64,000 nt of DNA, taken from Octopus sinensis (Eukaryota). The notes beneath the pieces were generated by a model. The model was not told the DNA's origin. It worked only from the letters and a program-made list of their open reading frames with translations, and made no database searches. A program made the position numbers and the translations under genes. Shown here in pieces: positions 13,335 to 25,700 of this stretch (the first letter of the stretch is position 1; each line of letters starts with the position of its first letter). The stretch covers positions 26,598,001 to 26,662,000 of the forward strand of contig NC_042999.1 in the NCBI RefSeq assembly GCF_006345805.1. Reading direction: 5' to 3'.

Positions 13335-13741
13335 TTCTTTTATTCTTTTATTCTTGTATTAGTTTCAGTCATTTGACTGTGGCCATGCTGGAGCACCGCC
13401 TTTAGTCGAGCAAATCGACCCCAGGACTTATTCTTTGTAAGCCTAGCACTTATTCTATCGGTATCTCTTGCCGAAACGCTATGTGACGTAAACACACCAG
13501 CATTGGTTATCAAGCGATGGTGAGGGGGCGGGGGGATAAACACAGACACACAAACATGTACATACACATATATATACGACGGGCTTCTTTCAGTTTCCGC
13601 CTACCAAATCCACTCACAAGGCTTTGGTCGGCCCGAAGCTATAGTAGAAGACACTTGCACAAGGTGCCACGCAGTGGGACTGAACCCGGAACCATGTGGT
13701 TGGTAAGCAAGATACTTACCACACAGCCACTCCTGCGCCTA
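13335..13741 (-). mobile_element. SINE family A
   Basis: Reverse-complement full-length match. Confidence 0.9.
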
Positions 13742-14043
13742 TTCAATTTCTCACGTCTTTGTATGCTTCTGTACACCCCCTCCAATTCATATCCCACTAA
13801 CCATTGCTATATCGACCACCAACTCACCTATCACTATATCCACACCCACCTCTAGCTATCATACCTTTCTGAATACATCTCTCATACCTCTCTGGATACT
13901 TCTTTCATACCTCTCTGCACACCTTAATGATCTCCCTCAGTCTCGGAACTGGTATCTTACTTCCCTCAAATAATACGCATTCCCTTTTCTCACTGTCTCA
14001 ACCATTACTTCCATAGCTACCATACAAACTTAACACAGTAGAC

Positions 14044-14453
14044 GGATCTTTTCGGTTTGAACGGCAGTTTTTTTCTAGCGGTGTCATATGAAATTGTCAC
14101 CCATAATTATGACCCTAGTATTGATCTATTGCATTTCAATCTCTTTTAGGGTTAGGGGTGGGGGAAGAGTATATTTTTTTCTTCACAAATGTAAATAAAC
14201 CCAATCTGTTTCTTAAACGAGGGACATATTCATACGACACAGAATGTTTTTTAACTCAATAGACGTCAGTGATTGGTTGAAATTGCAGAAACTGAAGAAA
14301 AAAACAACAAATATCTTAGAAACTATAGAATTTACTCAATAAAGCCAAGAGAAAAAGATGCTTTATAAACACATTCTACCAGTATACGAAGTTGAAAATT
14401 TTTTAGTTGCCTAGAAATTATGTTAAAAACTGCCGTTCGAACCGAAAAGATCC
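14044..14453. mobile_element. MITE with GGATC TIRs and 8-bp TSD (Merlin-like), subtype 1
   Basis: TIR ggatcttttcggtttgaacggcagttttt; TSD cagtagac/cagtagtc; second copy at 42470. Confidence 0.88.
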
Positions 14454-14508
14454 CAGTAGTCTACCATTCACATATTACCTGCGCAACCATTCCTTCATCT
14501 TCCTACAA

Positions 14509-14571
<63 letters not shown>

Positions 14572-14746
14572 CACTACTATTACCCCCTCCTAGCCTATAT
14601 ATTTATCGCTCATTCTTGAACTATATTTTCTCCTCCCAATATTCCCCATCTGAATACCTCCTCTTTCCCTCTAACTGTCTTAACTCTCCACATTCAATCA
14701 TTCCATCTTTGAACTTTCCTTTAAAACCTCAGATGTAAGATCTCTT

Positions 14747-16033
14747 GGATCTTTTCTATTCTGAAGCCAGTTTTTTCAAATTTTTCCTACTGAACCAAAC
14801 AATTTGAAACTTCGTATACTGGTAGAATGTGTCAAAAGTAAACTTAATTGTAAACCAGAATGAAAACGGAATTGTAACTTCTAAGTTTAACGTTGTTTAA
14901 TAATTAGAATTTTAACCAATGATATTCCGTCATTCGGCTTTATTTTATTTACTCCGTCTCGACCACCAATTTCGTGACGTATTAGACATCTTAAATGTAA
15001 AAAGCTATAGTCAGCACCTTCTAATAACAAAAGTTTGTCTTTGAAGTTACCGTCTAGGGGAAGCATTGATGTACATGTGTGTGTGTGTGTGTGTGTTTGA
15101 TGGGGTGTGGGAGACAGTATGTTGTGTAAGTGAAGTACTTCTGTTAGTGTGTGTGAAGAGACAGAGAGAGTAATGTGTGAAAGAGAGAGATAACTGAAAT
15201 TTTTTACTCGGTGTATGTGTATATGTATGTCTGCATGTATGTATGTGTAAGTATGTGTGTGTGTGTATGTGTGTGTGTGTATGTATGTATGGCCGATTCA
15301 TCGTAATTACGATGAATCGGCCATACATACATAGATACATACACACACACATACATGCAGACATACATATACACATACACCGAGTAAAAAATTTCAGTTA
15401 TCTCTCTCTTTCACACATTACTCTCTCTGTCTCTTCACACACACTAACAGAAGCACTTCACTTACACAACATACTGTCTCCCACACCCCATCAAACACAC
15501 ACACACACACACATGTACATCAATGCTTCCCCTAGACGGTAACTTCAAAGACAAACTTCCCTCGTCATAAAATCGCTTCCTCTTAGTCTCTTTCGCTCTC
15601 ATTACTTATGTAAAAATATAAAAGTTTTTTACGGAAATCGACGGAAAACTTGTGCTGCGACAAGAGAAACTTCGCCGAAATTTAATATTAAAAAAGCAAA
15701 GAGCTGGCAGAAACGTTAGCACGCCGGGCGAAATGCGTAGCCGTATTTCGTCTGCCGTGTTTGTTTACAGTTTTCCGAACGTTAGTACGTCACAAAAGCG
15801 CTTTCTACGTCACACTAATAGAATGCAGTCAAGTTTTACACATGAAAACAAACAATCTGATTGGTTAAGATTCGCAGTTTTACTCTACGATTAAAGTCAT
15901 AAAATAGATTTTTCTCAAATAAACTAGTTCTAACCAGTGTCTTGTTTTGCTAGACTCTATCAGCATACGAAGTTTCAGATTATTTAGTTAAGTAGAAAGA
16001 TCTGTGGTCCTGGCTTCAGAATAGAAAAGATCC
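14747..16033. mobile_element. Merlin-like non-autonomous element, subtype 2, enclosing a large palindrome and a SINE B 5' fragment (about 15700-15790)
   Basis: TIR ggatcttttctattctgaagccag / ctggcttcagaatagaaaagatcc; perfect TSD gatctctt (14739-14746, 16034-16041). Confidence 0.88.
15031..15558. repeat. Spacerless palindrome of about 530 bp
   Basis: Arms are near-identical apart from microsatellite length; centre atcgtaa|ttacgat at 15306/15307. Confidence 0.95.
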
Positions 16034-16253
16034 GATCTCTTCCCTAAAGACGGATGCTCACCGCATTATTATAGACCGCAGAGACCCCAGCAACAACTGT
16101 GTATAATACTGTTCTTCTAGCCATTTAATTCTCAATATCATTACTATTCTATGTAAGTCGGATGTCTTTATAAGTATACATAGATATATTGTTTCTATTT
16201 CATGTATTCAATATATATCGATTCGTCTAACTTGCTTAGCTTACACTTGCTTA

Positions 16254-16287
<34 letters not shown>

Positions 16288-17088
16288 TATATATATGTAT
16301 GTATGTATGTATATATATAATATTAATAATACTGTATCAGGCAGAAAATAAAAAAGAAAAAACATTTTGTTTGCCCTCCATTTCTCTTGCACTATCTATG
16401 ACACCCCTGTCTCCTTTCTTAAATTTCAGTCAGCATTCATCGCTCCACATACGCTCTACTCTCCTTCCTTCTTCATCTAACCTCCTCCTCTCTCTTCTTT
16501 TCTCCTCACACCAAATTTCTTCCATCTACCTCTCTTACACTGACTCATTATTTCTCTTCACTCCTATTCTCCTTCTCTCTTCTTTTCACTGCTCCCCAAC
16601 TTCTCCCTTCCTCTTTTATCATCAGCCCTTCCCCGTAACCCATCTCACCCTACGCAATCCAATCCCGCCTTCCTATCCATCACATCCCACCCAACCCCTT
16701 ACACCTGCTCCCACATACCCCACCTCTACTTCGACCCTCAGCCTAACCCACACCCCATCCTTGCTTTCCCCACTCTCGCCTCCTCCACTTTCCAACACCA
16801 TCACACCGCACCACACACCACTACGCCTAACACCACCCTACCACACAACACCACATCATATCACATCACACCACCACGCACACAGTAGCACTGACCACTT
16901 CGCAGCCCCATATCCACACACCTACACATACACACACTCTCACTTCAAGGTCACCAGCCATCTGCACGCACATACTCTCATATACACGCGCACGCACGCG
17001 CACCTTCGTTTTGGGAGCACCACTACTTTATTATGTCACCTTCTTCCTAGCTCTCTCGTGTGAGCCTTCTATCCGACATTCGCCATGA

Positions 17089-17443
17089 TAGATCGCTAGC
17101 CACTACACATTCTTTATTTTCTCTCCTTGTTTCTTTCTGCGGAAGAGCGTAGGTTGGAAGCGTTAAAGACATTTTCACTTCCCGAGTGTTAAGCTAATAC
17201 ATCTGTTTGTTGTCTACAACACCTGTCTTCGTCTTTTGTTTTTTTTTGTGAATTCTCCCCCCACCCATATATATATAGACGAAGACAGGTGGTATAGAAA
17301 ACAAACAGATGTATTAGTATAACGCTCGGGAATTGAAAAAGTGTTTTAAGTTTCGAGCTTACGCTCTTCCATAGAAAGGAACACAGAAAGAAACAAGGAG
17401 AGAAACAAGGAGACAAAAAATGTGTGTAGTGGCCACCGATCTA
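17089..17443. mobile_element. Two inverted copies of a PLE-terminal-repeat-like unit (family H4) with degenerate hammerhead-like cores
   Basis: Arms 17089-17233 and 17277-17443 around a short TA tract. Cores ctgcggaagagcgtaggttggaagcgtt and (minus) ctatggaagagcgtaagctcgaaactt. Confidence 0.65.
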
Positions 17444-18400
17444 GGTCATCCCATAAGTTCTGTCAGATTTTACTTTTTTTAAAATTTGAATGAAATTGAA
17501 TAGTATTTTAGAGTGTCTAATGGAATTAAAAATTGTTTATGCATTTGTGTACATTTCAACTAATTAAATATTATTTTACAGAATAATAGAATTCAAAAAT
17601 TTCTTTGATTAAAACGTTTTCTATCATGGAAGTATCCAAAGAGCATTTGAGGCACATAATGCTTTATGAGTACAAATAAGGGAACTTTGCAGCCGAAGTG
17701 ACTCGAAACATACACTCAGTTTATGGGAAAGAATGCTTGAATGAAAGATCTTGCAGAAGATGGTTTGCAAACTTCAGAAGTGGAGATTTCTGCCTTGAAG
17801 ATGACGATCGAACAGGCTATCCAGTTGACATTGCTGATAAGCTCCTTGAGGCACTACTTAAGAAAATCCTGCATTATCATTTGAAGATTTGGCAATAAAG
17901 CTTAGTTCAAACGATCGGACTGTTCATCGTGATCTTCAACAACTTGGAAAGGTTCCTAAACTTGGAAAATGAGTGACTCACGAATCGTCCGAAAGCAACC
18001 ACTAATTCCGAGTTGACATCTGCTCGTCTCTCCATTCTCGCGAACTCATTTCACCCTTTTGGGATAGACTTATGACTGGTGACAAAAAATGGATTTTCTA
18101 TCGAAATATTAAACTTCATAAACGGTGGCCTGAGAAAAGTGGGAAAAGCTCAACCACAACCGAGAAGGAGACTTCAAGGGAAAAATATTCTTCTCTCTAG
18201 CTGGAGGCATTCCAAAGGAGTAATTCACTTTGAATTGTTACCACCTAATGCAACAATCAATGCTCAAGTCTACTGTCAGCAATTAGACCGTTTGAACCAA
18301 GCTTTGCAGAAAATACACCCGTTTTAGTGAATCGAAAAGGAGTGATGTATCATCAGGACATGCACGAAACCACACTGCAAAGATCACATCACAAAAGATG
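17442..18400 (+). mobile_element. Mariner transposon relic, 3'-truncated transposase pseudogene
   Basis: TA plus TIR-like ggtcatcccataagttc. ATG at 17626 MEVSKEHLRHIMLYEY, CRRWFANFRSGDF, LMTGDKKWIFY (first D), GVIHFELLP, YCQQLDRL, YHQD (second D). Stops and frameshifts. Confidence 0.92.
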
Positions 18401-18425
18401 ATCTAAGAGTTTGGTTCTACTAACG

Positions 18426-18965
18426 TGTAAAATTACCTGTTATAGGTAGTTTCTCTTGTGTTTAAATGTGCACACTGTTATATTGAGCATATGTTGTCTA
18501 TTGAATGTTATACATGTTAGGCCACAGGTAGTAAAATTTCTAAAAATATTCGCTATCCAATATATTTTTACGTATACGATTTTATCATTCCGAAGATCAG
18601 TTCGGTATTTTCCATTTACTGCTGACTGAAACCGCCCTTGCGCGGCGCATTTGAAAAATTATAACATATAATAATGAAACACATAATTTGACTCTAACTT
18701 ATATGTTATGGCGCGGTTACTGATGATAATTTCGCCTGGAAAATTATTTTATTTGCTAAAAAATCGAAACTTAGGTATAACCGTAAATAAATAACAAGGT
18801 AAAAGATTTATTTTTCATTCCGTAATTGTGTTTTAGCATGTAAAATTACCTGGTATAGGTAGTTTCTCCTGTGTTTAAATGCACACTATTTTATATTGAG
18901 AATATGTTGTCTTGACTTTTTATACATGCTAGGCCACTGGTAGTGAAACTTTTAAAATATTCGCT
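18426..18965. repeat. Diverged direct repeat of about 130 bp (18426-18554 and 18839-18965, period about 413)
   Basis: tgtaaaattacctg.tataggtagtttctc...aatattcgct occurs twice. Confidence 0.85.
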
Positions 18966-18966
18966 T

Positions 18967-19011
<45 letters not shown>

Positions 19012-19286
19012 ATGCACTAATCTGACGATAAATAATTTACGCTGGTATATGGTTTGAATAACACCTACATTTGTCTCCATTTCTTAATTTATCTTTCTTA
19101 TCCAAAAACCATGCGACTTAACCCTGGAATTTCTACCCTTATAAGTAGGATGTAATATGTTTGGCACCTATGTGAATTTTTGCTACCTTGGTAACTATTT
19201 ATTTACTTTTACCTTGTTGTTTTGTACACATTGAAAAATTAAACATATATATATATATATATTATTTATTAATAATTATTATTAAT

Positions 19287-19618
19287 TAGAATGGTTGTAT
19301 ACTGTCAATCTAACAAGAACGTGACAGTAGCGGGTACACCACCGCTGTATAGCCCTAGGAAGCATCGAACGCCTCCTGATGGCTTTGACACATTTTTCCC
19401 TGTGTCCTTATATACATATACGAAGGGGAGACAAACACCCCGGCTGCCGAAACTGCATCTAGGGGCACGTGTTTCAGGATCGTTGTCCTTCAGGTGTTTG
19501 TCTCCCCTTCGTATATGTATATAAGGACACAGGGAAAAATGTGTCAAAGCCATCAGGAGGCGGTGGTGTACCCCCTACTGTCACGTTCTTGTTAGATTGA
19601 CAGTATACAACCATTCTA
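19287..19618. mobile_element. Foldback/MITE with about 125-150 bp near-perfect arms, flanked by TA
   Basis: Arms 19287-19439 and 19493-19618, 53-bp spacer, about 26 bp extra in the left arm. Confidence 0.88.
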
Positions 19619-20130
19619 TCGCCCCACCACCGTACATATCTCTACGAGAGATTTAGAAATTCAATATTTCTTATTATTAATTAATATCCTAGAAACAGAT
19701 GTATCACCTATCTATGCAGCCTTGGTGTTTTTTATCTTATTACACAAAAAATTCTTATATATATGAATATACCAGCGTATTATTTATCGTATGTTTAATG
19801 CAAAGCATTCATTAGGAATTACAAGTTGGAAGGAACAGGAAAAAATAGAAGACGGTATAGTAACCAAATGAAAACCAGAAGGTGGTAATCGAGTAATGCT
19901 ACATTTATGTCCAATTACTCTGGATTAATGAAATTTATCTATTACTAATTAGTAAGTTTTTTCGCATTGCATGTAGTCACGCACATCTGTATAGCTAAAA
20001 ACCTTTGAGTTAATAGCGTCATATACATACGTGATTTATAAAATATATACGCATACCTATTCAGATACCCATATATGTGACTCAAACACCTACAAATGTT
20101 TATACGTTAAAATATACGTACACTCAAATG

Positions 20131-20202
<72 letters not shown>

Positions 20203-20609
20203 GTTTGTGTGTGTGTGTGCGTGTGTGTGTGTGTCTGCGTTTCTATGTATCCCTTTTTGTATGGATGTATACATACATATATAGACACACACACATATAC
20301 ACACACACATACATAGTCATACACATAAACATCCAGGTTTTATAGGAAGTAAAATAGACGGGTAACTATCTTCGTATTTATATAAATGAACGTGATGAAC
20401 CACTATTTGGTAAGTTATACTAATTGCTAAATTGCATATTTGATCGTCTAATGTAATTGAACATTCGCACAATTAGTAATGCTCGTTAATGATCTGTTTT
20501 TCATTTAGTTCTAAGATTTTCGTCTATATTCGGCCATTGTTCCCTCCCAGTAGGAACACCCGATGAATGATGTGTAAACTCTTAAGTTTACGGCTTATCT
20601 CTAATTCTA

Positions 20610-20654
<45 letters not shown>

Positions 20655-20669
20655 ATATATATATAAACA

Positions 20670-20998
20670 TCAAAATAAGCAACAAGGATATCCTGAGGTA
20701 ATGCACTACGATCGCTTCATGTAATTCCATTTCATTGAACAATGCAATCACTATATTAATTTGAAATGCAGAGCAATCTTCAGCTACACAAAGACATATA
20801 ATTTAAGTAAATTAGAACAGATGGACACATTAGTTTAAATATACCTAAAAACTCCAAGAAGTTAAGGAAATAGACTTAGAACATATTGTTTCTACTTCAA
20901 CATAGAAGTTTAGACGTTACTAAAATTATCAAGACTCTGCTTGCTACTGATTTTTGTCTTTATGGAGCTAGCTTTAATTTATAGACTAGTTTATCAAA
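20670..20998 (-). mobile_element. HHR-bearing repeat family H3, copy with mutated core (20702-20788)
   Basis: Aligns with 39305-39656; has GAAG instead of GAAA and a stem I mismatch; abuts (TA)n. Confidence 0.75.
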
Positions 20999-22208
20999 TC
21001 CCTGGTATATCTAAGGCTGAGAGAACTGAGGGCAGTATCTGTTAGGGGTAGGTCTGAGCGAGTAGACAGACATTCTAATTGGTACAGTCATAAAAATATC
21101 AAGATTTATTATAAGCAATATCATGAAGATTAATAAGGGAAAAACTTAAAACAAGATGTTAGTTGATAATTAAAGAGGGTGACCACTGGCAGACTATTGA
21201 TAATGAAACAGTCTTATCGTATGGTACTATAGTTAAATATTTTAAACAATGCTGCTATGTATACAGTTAAAGTTTAAGTTTATTCAAAGGGTTATTAAGA
21301 AGAATATTATAACAAAAAGGATAGAAATTTATGAATACTTTTGAGTATATACCAAATGTATTACTACAATAGGGGGAGGAAATGAAATTATCCAGAAATA
21401 GTTTAATATTTATAAATATTGTATACTTAAATACTAACTCATCAGATGGTATCTGTGAATATTGATTAATTGGTATATACTGGTATTAATAAAGGAGTAT
21501 TGAGGTAAAGAACATGCTAATTATATATTAATAAAATTTTCATCTAAGCAGTATTTTTTATAAATAGTGAATATACCCGTATAGTTTTATATAAGCTAAG
21601 AATGAATTTTTAGAGATACAAAAATGATATTAATCTTATAAATAAATAAAGGCTTATTTTAAAATAATAAGGAAATAAAATAAAATAATCAAGTAGAGCA
21701 GAACATCATAGTAAAGGAAATAAAATGGCTTAATTACTAATACTGTGGTAAAATATATGTAGCTTTTTAACACCAACAGAGATTTTGTATAATACTTCAA
21801 AATATATTAGACTAAGAATTATATATTTACTTATTTAGCTAATATCGATAAAAGCCTGATGTTTTGTATCGGCTAAAGGAATATTTAAGTTATGAAACAA
21901 TCATATTTTACACTAATCTTTTTTTAAAATTAAGGATTATATTATAGGTTTAAGAAGTAATTATTGTTACTCCCTACATGATATTTATAGTTTCTTAGTA
22001 GTACTTGTTTAGAAGGATTATTTATATAAATTCCTTATAATTACTAAGATCTGGAGGATAGAGCCATTTAAGGAAGAGATAAATTTTGTAATTTATAAAG
22101 ATCATTTCAAACAATATTGTCTTATTTTTTAAAGTTAAAATTTAGGGTCATCAAGAAGATTATTTAGAATGAAATTGTCGTGCAGTTACTGTTTATACCT
22201 CGTTCAGA

Positions 22209-22454
22209 GATTTATTATTGCTTGTAAACACTTTTTTCAAGATCAGTGACGAAAAGTTACTGGAAAAAGGATATAAATATTTGCATTGGGAACTCCTTTC
22301 ATCGAAAACCGGTGATTGTCGTACGCTGATGACGGGTCAAAACCCAGAAACTGCAGTCCGTGCGTATCACTTAGGTTGACGAGGGAAGGATGACCTCTCT
22401 TTGCAAATACCAATAGGGCACAGAAAGTGTGCCACTAGCTAGCTGGAAGAGATG
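22209..22454 (+). mobile_element. HHR-bearing repeat family H1, second copy
   Basis: Reverse complement of 5455-5700. Confidence 0.7.
22312..22370 (+). ncRNA. Type I hammerhead ribozyme motif with canonical core
   Basis: gtgat-tgt-cgtacg-CTGATGA-c gggt caaa accc a-GAAA-c tgca g-TC-cgtgcg-t-atcac. Predicted cleavage after C22358. Confidence 0.82.
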
Positions 22455-22889
22455 CAATTCCTAATTCTGACTTTATTTTTCTCTATTAATATATATTGTA
22501 CTGACATCCAATATTTTTTCTTTATGTAAAACCTGCAGTTACCCACAATATGGGACTTTGCTCTACAGTGTAAAAGAATATACATTTTCATAGCACTTTG
22601 AACTCTTTTTTTATATTTTATCCGTGTTGACCGCACCCTGTTCTTATTTCTTATTTTTTCCATCCTACTTCCTAAACTTGACATCTTTTAAAGGTCAGCA
22701 ATCCTTTTGAGAAAATATGTTTATTAACAAATATGTTGAAAAGTATATAATGGAAAAAGGAAAACGAAAGAGAGGAGAAAGGAAAAAAGAAAAAGGAAAA
22801 ATACTTTTAATGAAATTTCAATGAATTAACTCAACCAAATTGAAAAGAAACCTCTCTCTCTCTTCTATTTATCTAACCTTCCCCGTCAT

Positions 22890-22921
<32 letters not shown>

Positions 22922-22949
22922 TTTGTTGTTGTTGTTGTTGTTATTATTA

Positions 22950-23130
22950 TTATTATTTCCTCCGCCTTAGCGAAGGCGGACGTATTGTTTTCAGTCGTAT
23001 CTCAAGGACCTCTGGATGGATTCAAATGAAACTTTCAAGGCTATTTGACCTCCTGACTGCCGTGAACTGATTTTGAGATCGATCCTCTACCGGACAAGGA
23101 TTGTGGATTATTTGTTATACTTACTTTACT
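22950..23130 (+). mobile_element. HINE/DINE-1-like (Helentron-associated) 5' fragment
   Basis: (TTA)n then hairpin tccgccttagcgaaggcgga, tattgttttc, and the core ggatggattcaaatgaaacttt. Confidence 0.55.
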
Positions 23131-25095
23131 TTACATGAAGTATTACGATCTTACGTTCATTTTCAAGTCATTCTCTGATTATCTTCCTTCAAGTTATGAA
23201 GCACCTTATAAGCATTAGAACACACAAGCCATTCGAAACTAATGGAAATGTTCCTCACGGTTGAAAATCAAGACAAAATTCCAATGGGAGTTCCGAGGTT
23301 TTTTACGTGTTTGTCTTTAAAAATTGTTTAATAGAGTATAAAGTCGTAACGCGTTAACGTTACATAATTTTCGTCGATTAATAAATTGGCAATTATCATT
23401 ATGATCTAAAAGTACGTATTAGTGTAGACATGTGTGTGTTTGTTTCAGTATGTGTAAATGTATCGGTGTCTGTCTGTATGGGCATATATGATGTGTGTAA
23501 GTACGTAAAGTGTAAATACAATAAACATAAAATTACACCAGTAGCAGTTACAAATTTTAACTAATACGGTACATGTTTAACGCTTTAATAGAATATTGTG
23601 TTTTAACATTTGTGTGTTAGTACTGTATCAGGAGAAATAGAGAACCTCGAAAAAATAACAGAGGGAACCAGAGGCGAAAATAGAAGAGAAGGCTTAAAAA
23701 CCAGGTGGGAATATTTTCTTATCGAGATGTACGCAGGAGGAAATGGCGGGCTTGTACATATGCGAATAAAAGTGGGTGTGTAAGTGAGGTGTTTGTATGT
23801 GTATATGACTATGTAAATTTCAGAAATATTGTAGCAGTGATTAGAGGAGAATTTGCCCCTTGCAGTATGTGTAACTGGTGGCAGGAAGGCGTTTACTCCC
23901 TGAGGTGACAAGTCTATGAGTCTGTGTGTGCCTGTCTCATTTCACGCAGTGTCTAGAGGTACTCTAGAATCCAGTGAAATACAGAATAATCATGTAATTC
24001 CTGCTGTCTCCCACTAACGAAAACCAAGCTTTTGTTAGACTTTGCAGTACAATATATGTTAAGTTTGTTTGAAAATTCTGAGAGAATTCTCTCTATTGTT
24101 GTAAGCAATCTTAAAAAAATTGAATTTTGAGGCAGATCTGTGTTTCAATAGGACATCATTAGAAAAAGATGGCTATTTTTGTTTTTTACTTCCTCATTAT
24201 TCTAAATCAGACACACGCAACACACAAGTACTTTTAGGTAACGTTAATTCTATACTACTTTATGAAATATAACTATTTTTTCAGTCTCTAGATTTTGATT
24301 CTGGAGAAATTTGACTGTTATTGCTCATAGCTCGAAAGTAGAAACGTTCTAGTTTGTAATTTTGGGAATGTCTAAAGTGAAGTGTGTAACTAAACGTCTC
24401 AAGGAAAGGCATCTAATCTTTGTGCAAACCAACATTTTTACTAATTTTCTGTTACTCAAGCAATATGATTAACCTTGCTTTCACATCATTCTGTATTAGA
24501 CTAAATAAATACTAGTTGTGTATTCTATAGGATATTGTCTGTTTGACTCATTTTCCACAATTATGGTGTTTTCCAAAAAAAAATTAGAAATCAATTTATT
24601 TTATTGTCAATCGAAAGTAGCTGGCGACTAAAACATCAGAAGTTGTATAACCTTAAAGAATAGTTATATGATGAATGTAGTTTGTGTCATGAATATTTCA
24701 TTGTCTTACAATTATCCGTAATATAGCCGTGACCTGAACAATTAAGATGGAAAAAAAAAGTCGTAAATCATCGGAAATACAAGATTAGTTTACTTCGATC
24801 ATATTACTTGATTGCAATTCCGCCTGTTCAGATGTTATTCAACAATAAAACCGAATGTTCAATGGCTTGCTGACTATGCACTTCATTGATTATTATTATA
24901 CATAACATCTTTATAGCAGAGATCTATTTGTGCGTCACTTTCCAGCTACAATCTATCACGAGCGATTAACCCTGCATTTTGAGATTCTAGTTGTTTGCCT
25001 GAGGTACCTCTGTCCGTTTCCATACCTAGTGAGATCTTGCAGGGTTTTCTTTTGGGTTAATTACTAATGGATTACAAACGTTATTAATGAAGGAC

Positions 25096-25699
<604 letters not shown>

Positions 25700-25700
<1 letters not shown>

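Noticed and set aside
21000-22200. AT-rich tract as a PLE RT relic or mitochondrial insertion (also 44880-45300)
   Set aside because: No motif could be read with confidence; needs tBLASTn.
24967-25045. Hairpin aaccctgca/tgcagggtt as a pre-miRNA
   Set aside because: Only a 9-bp basal stem; the interior pairs poorly.
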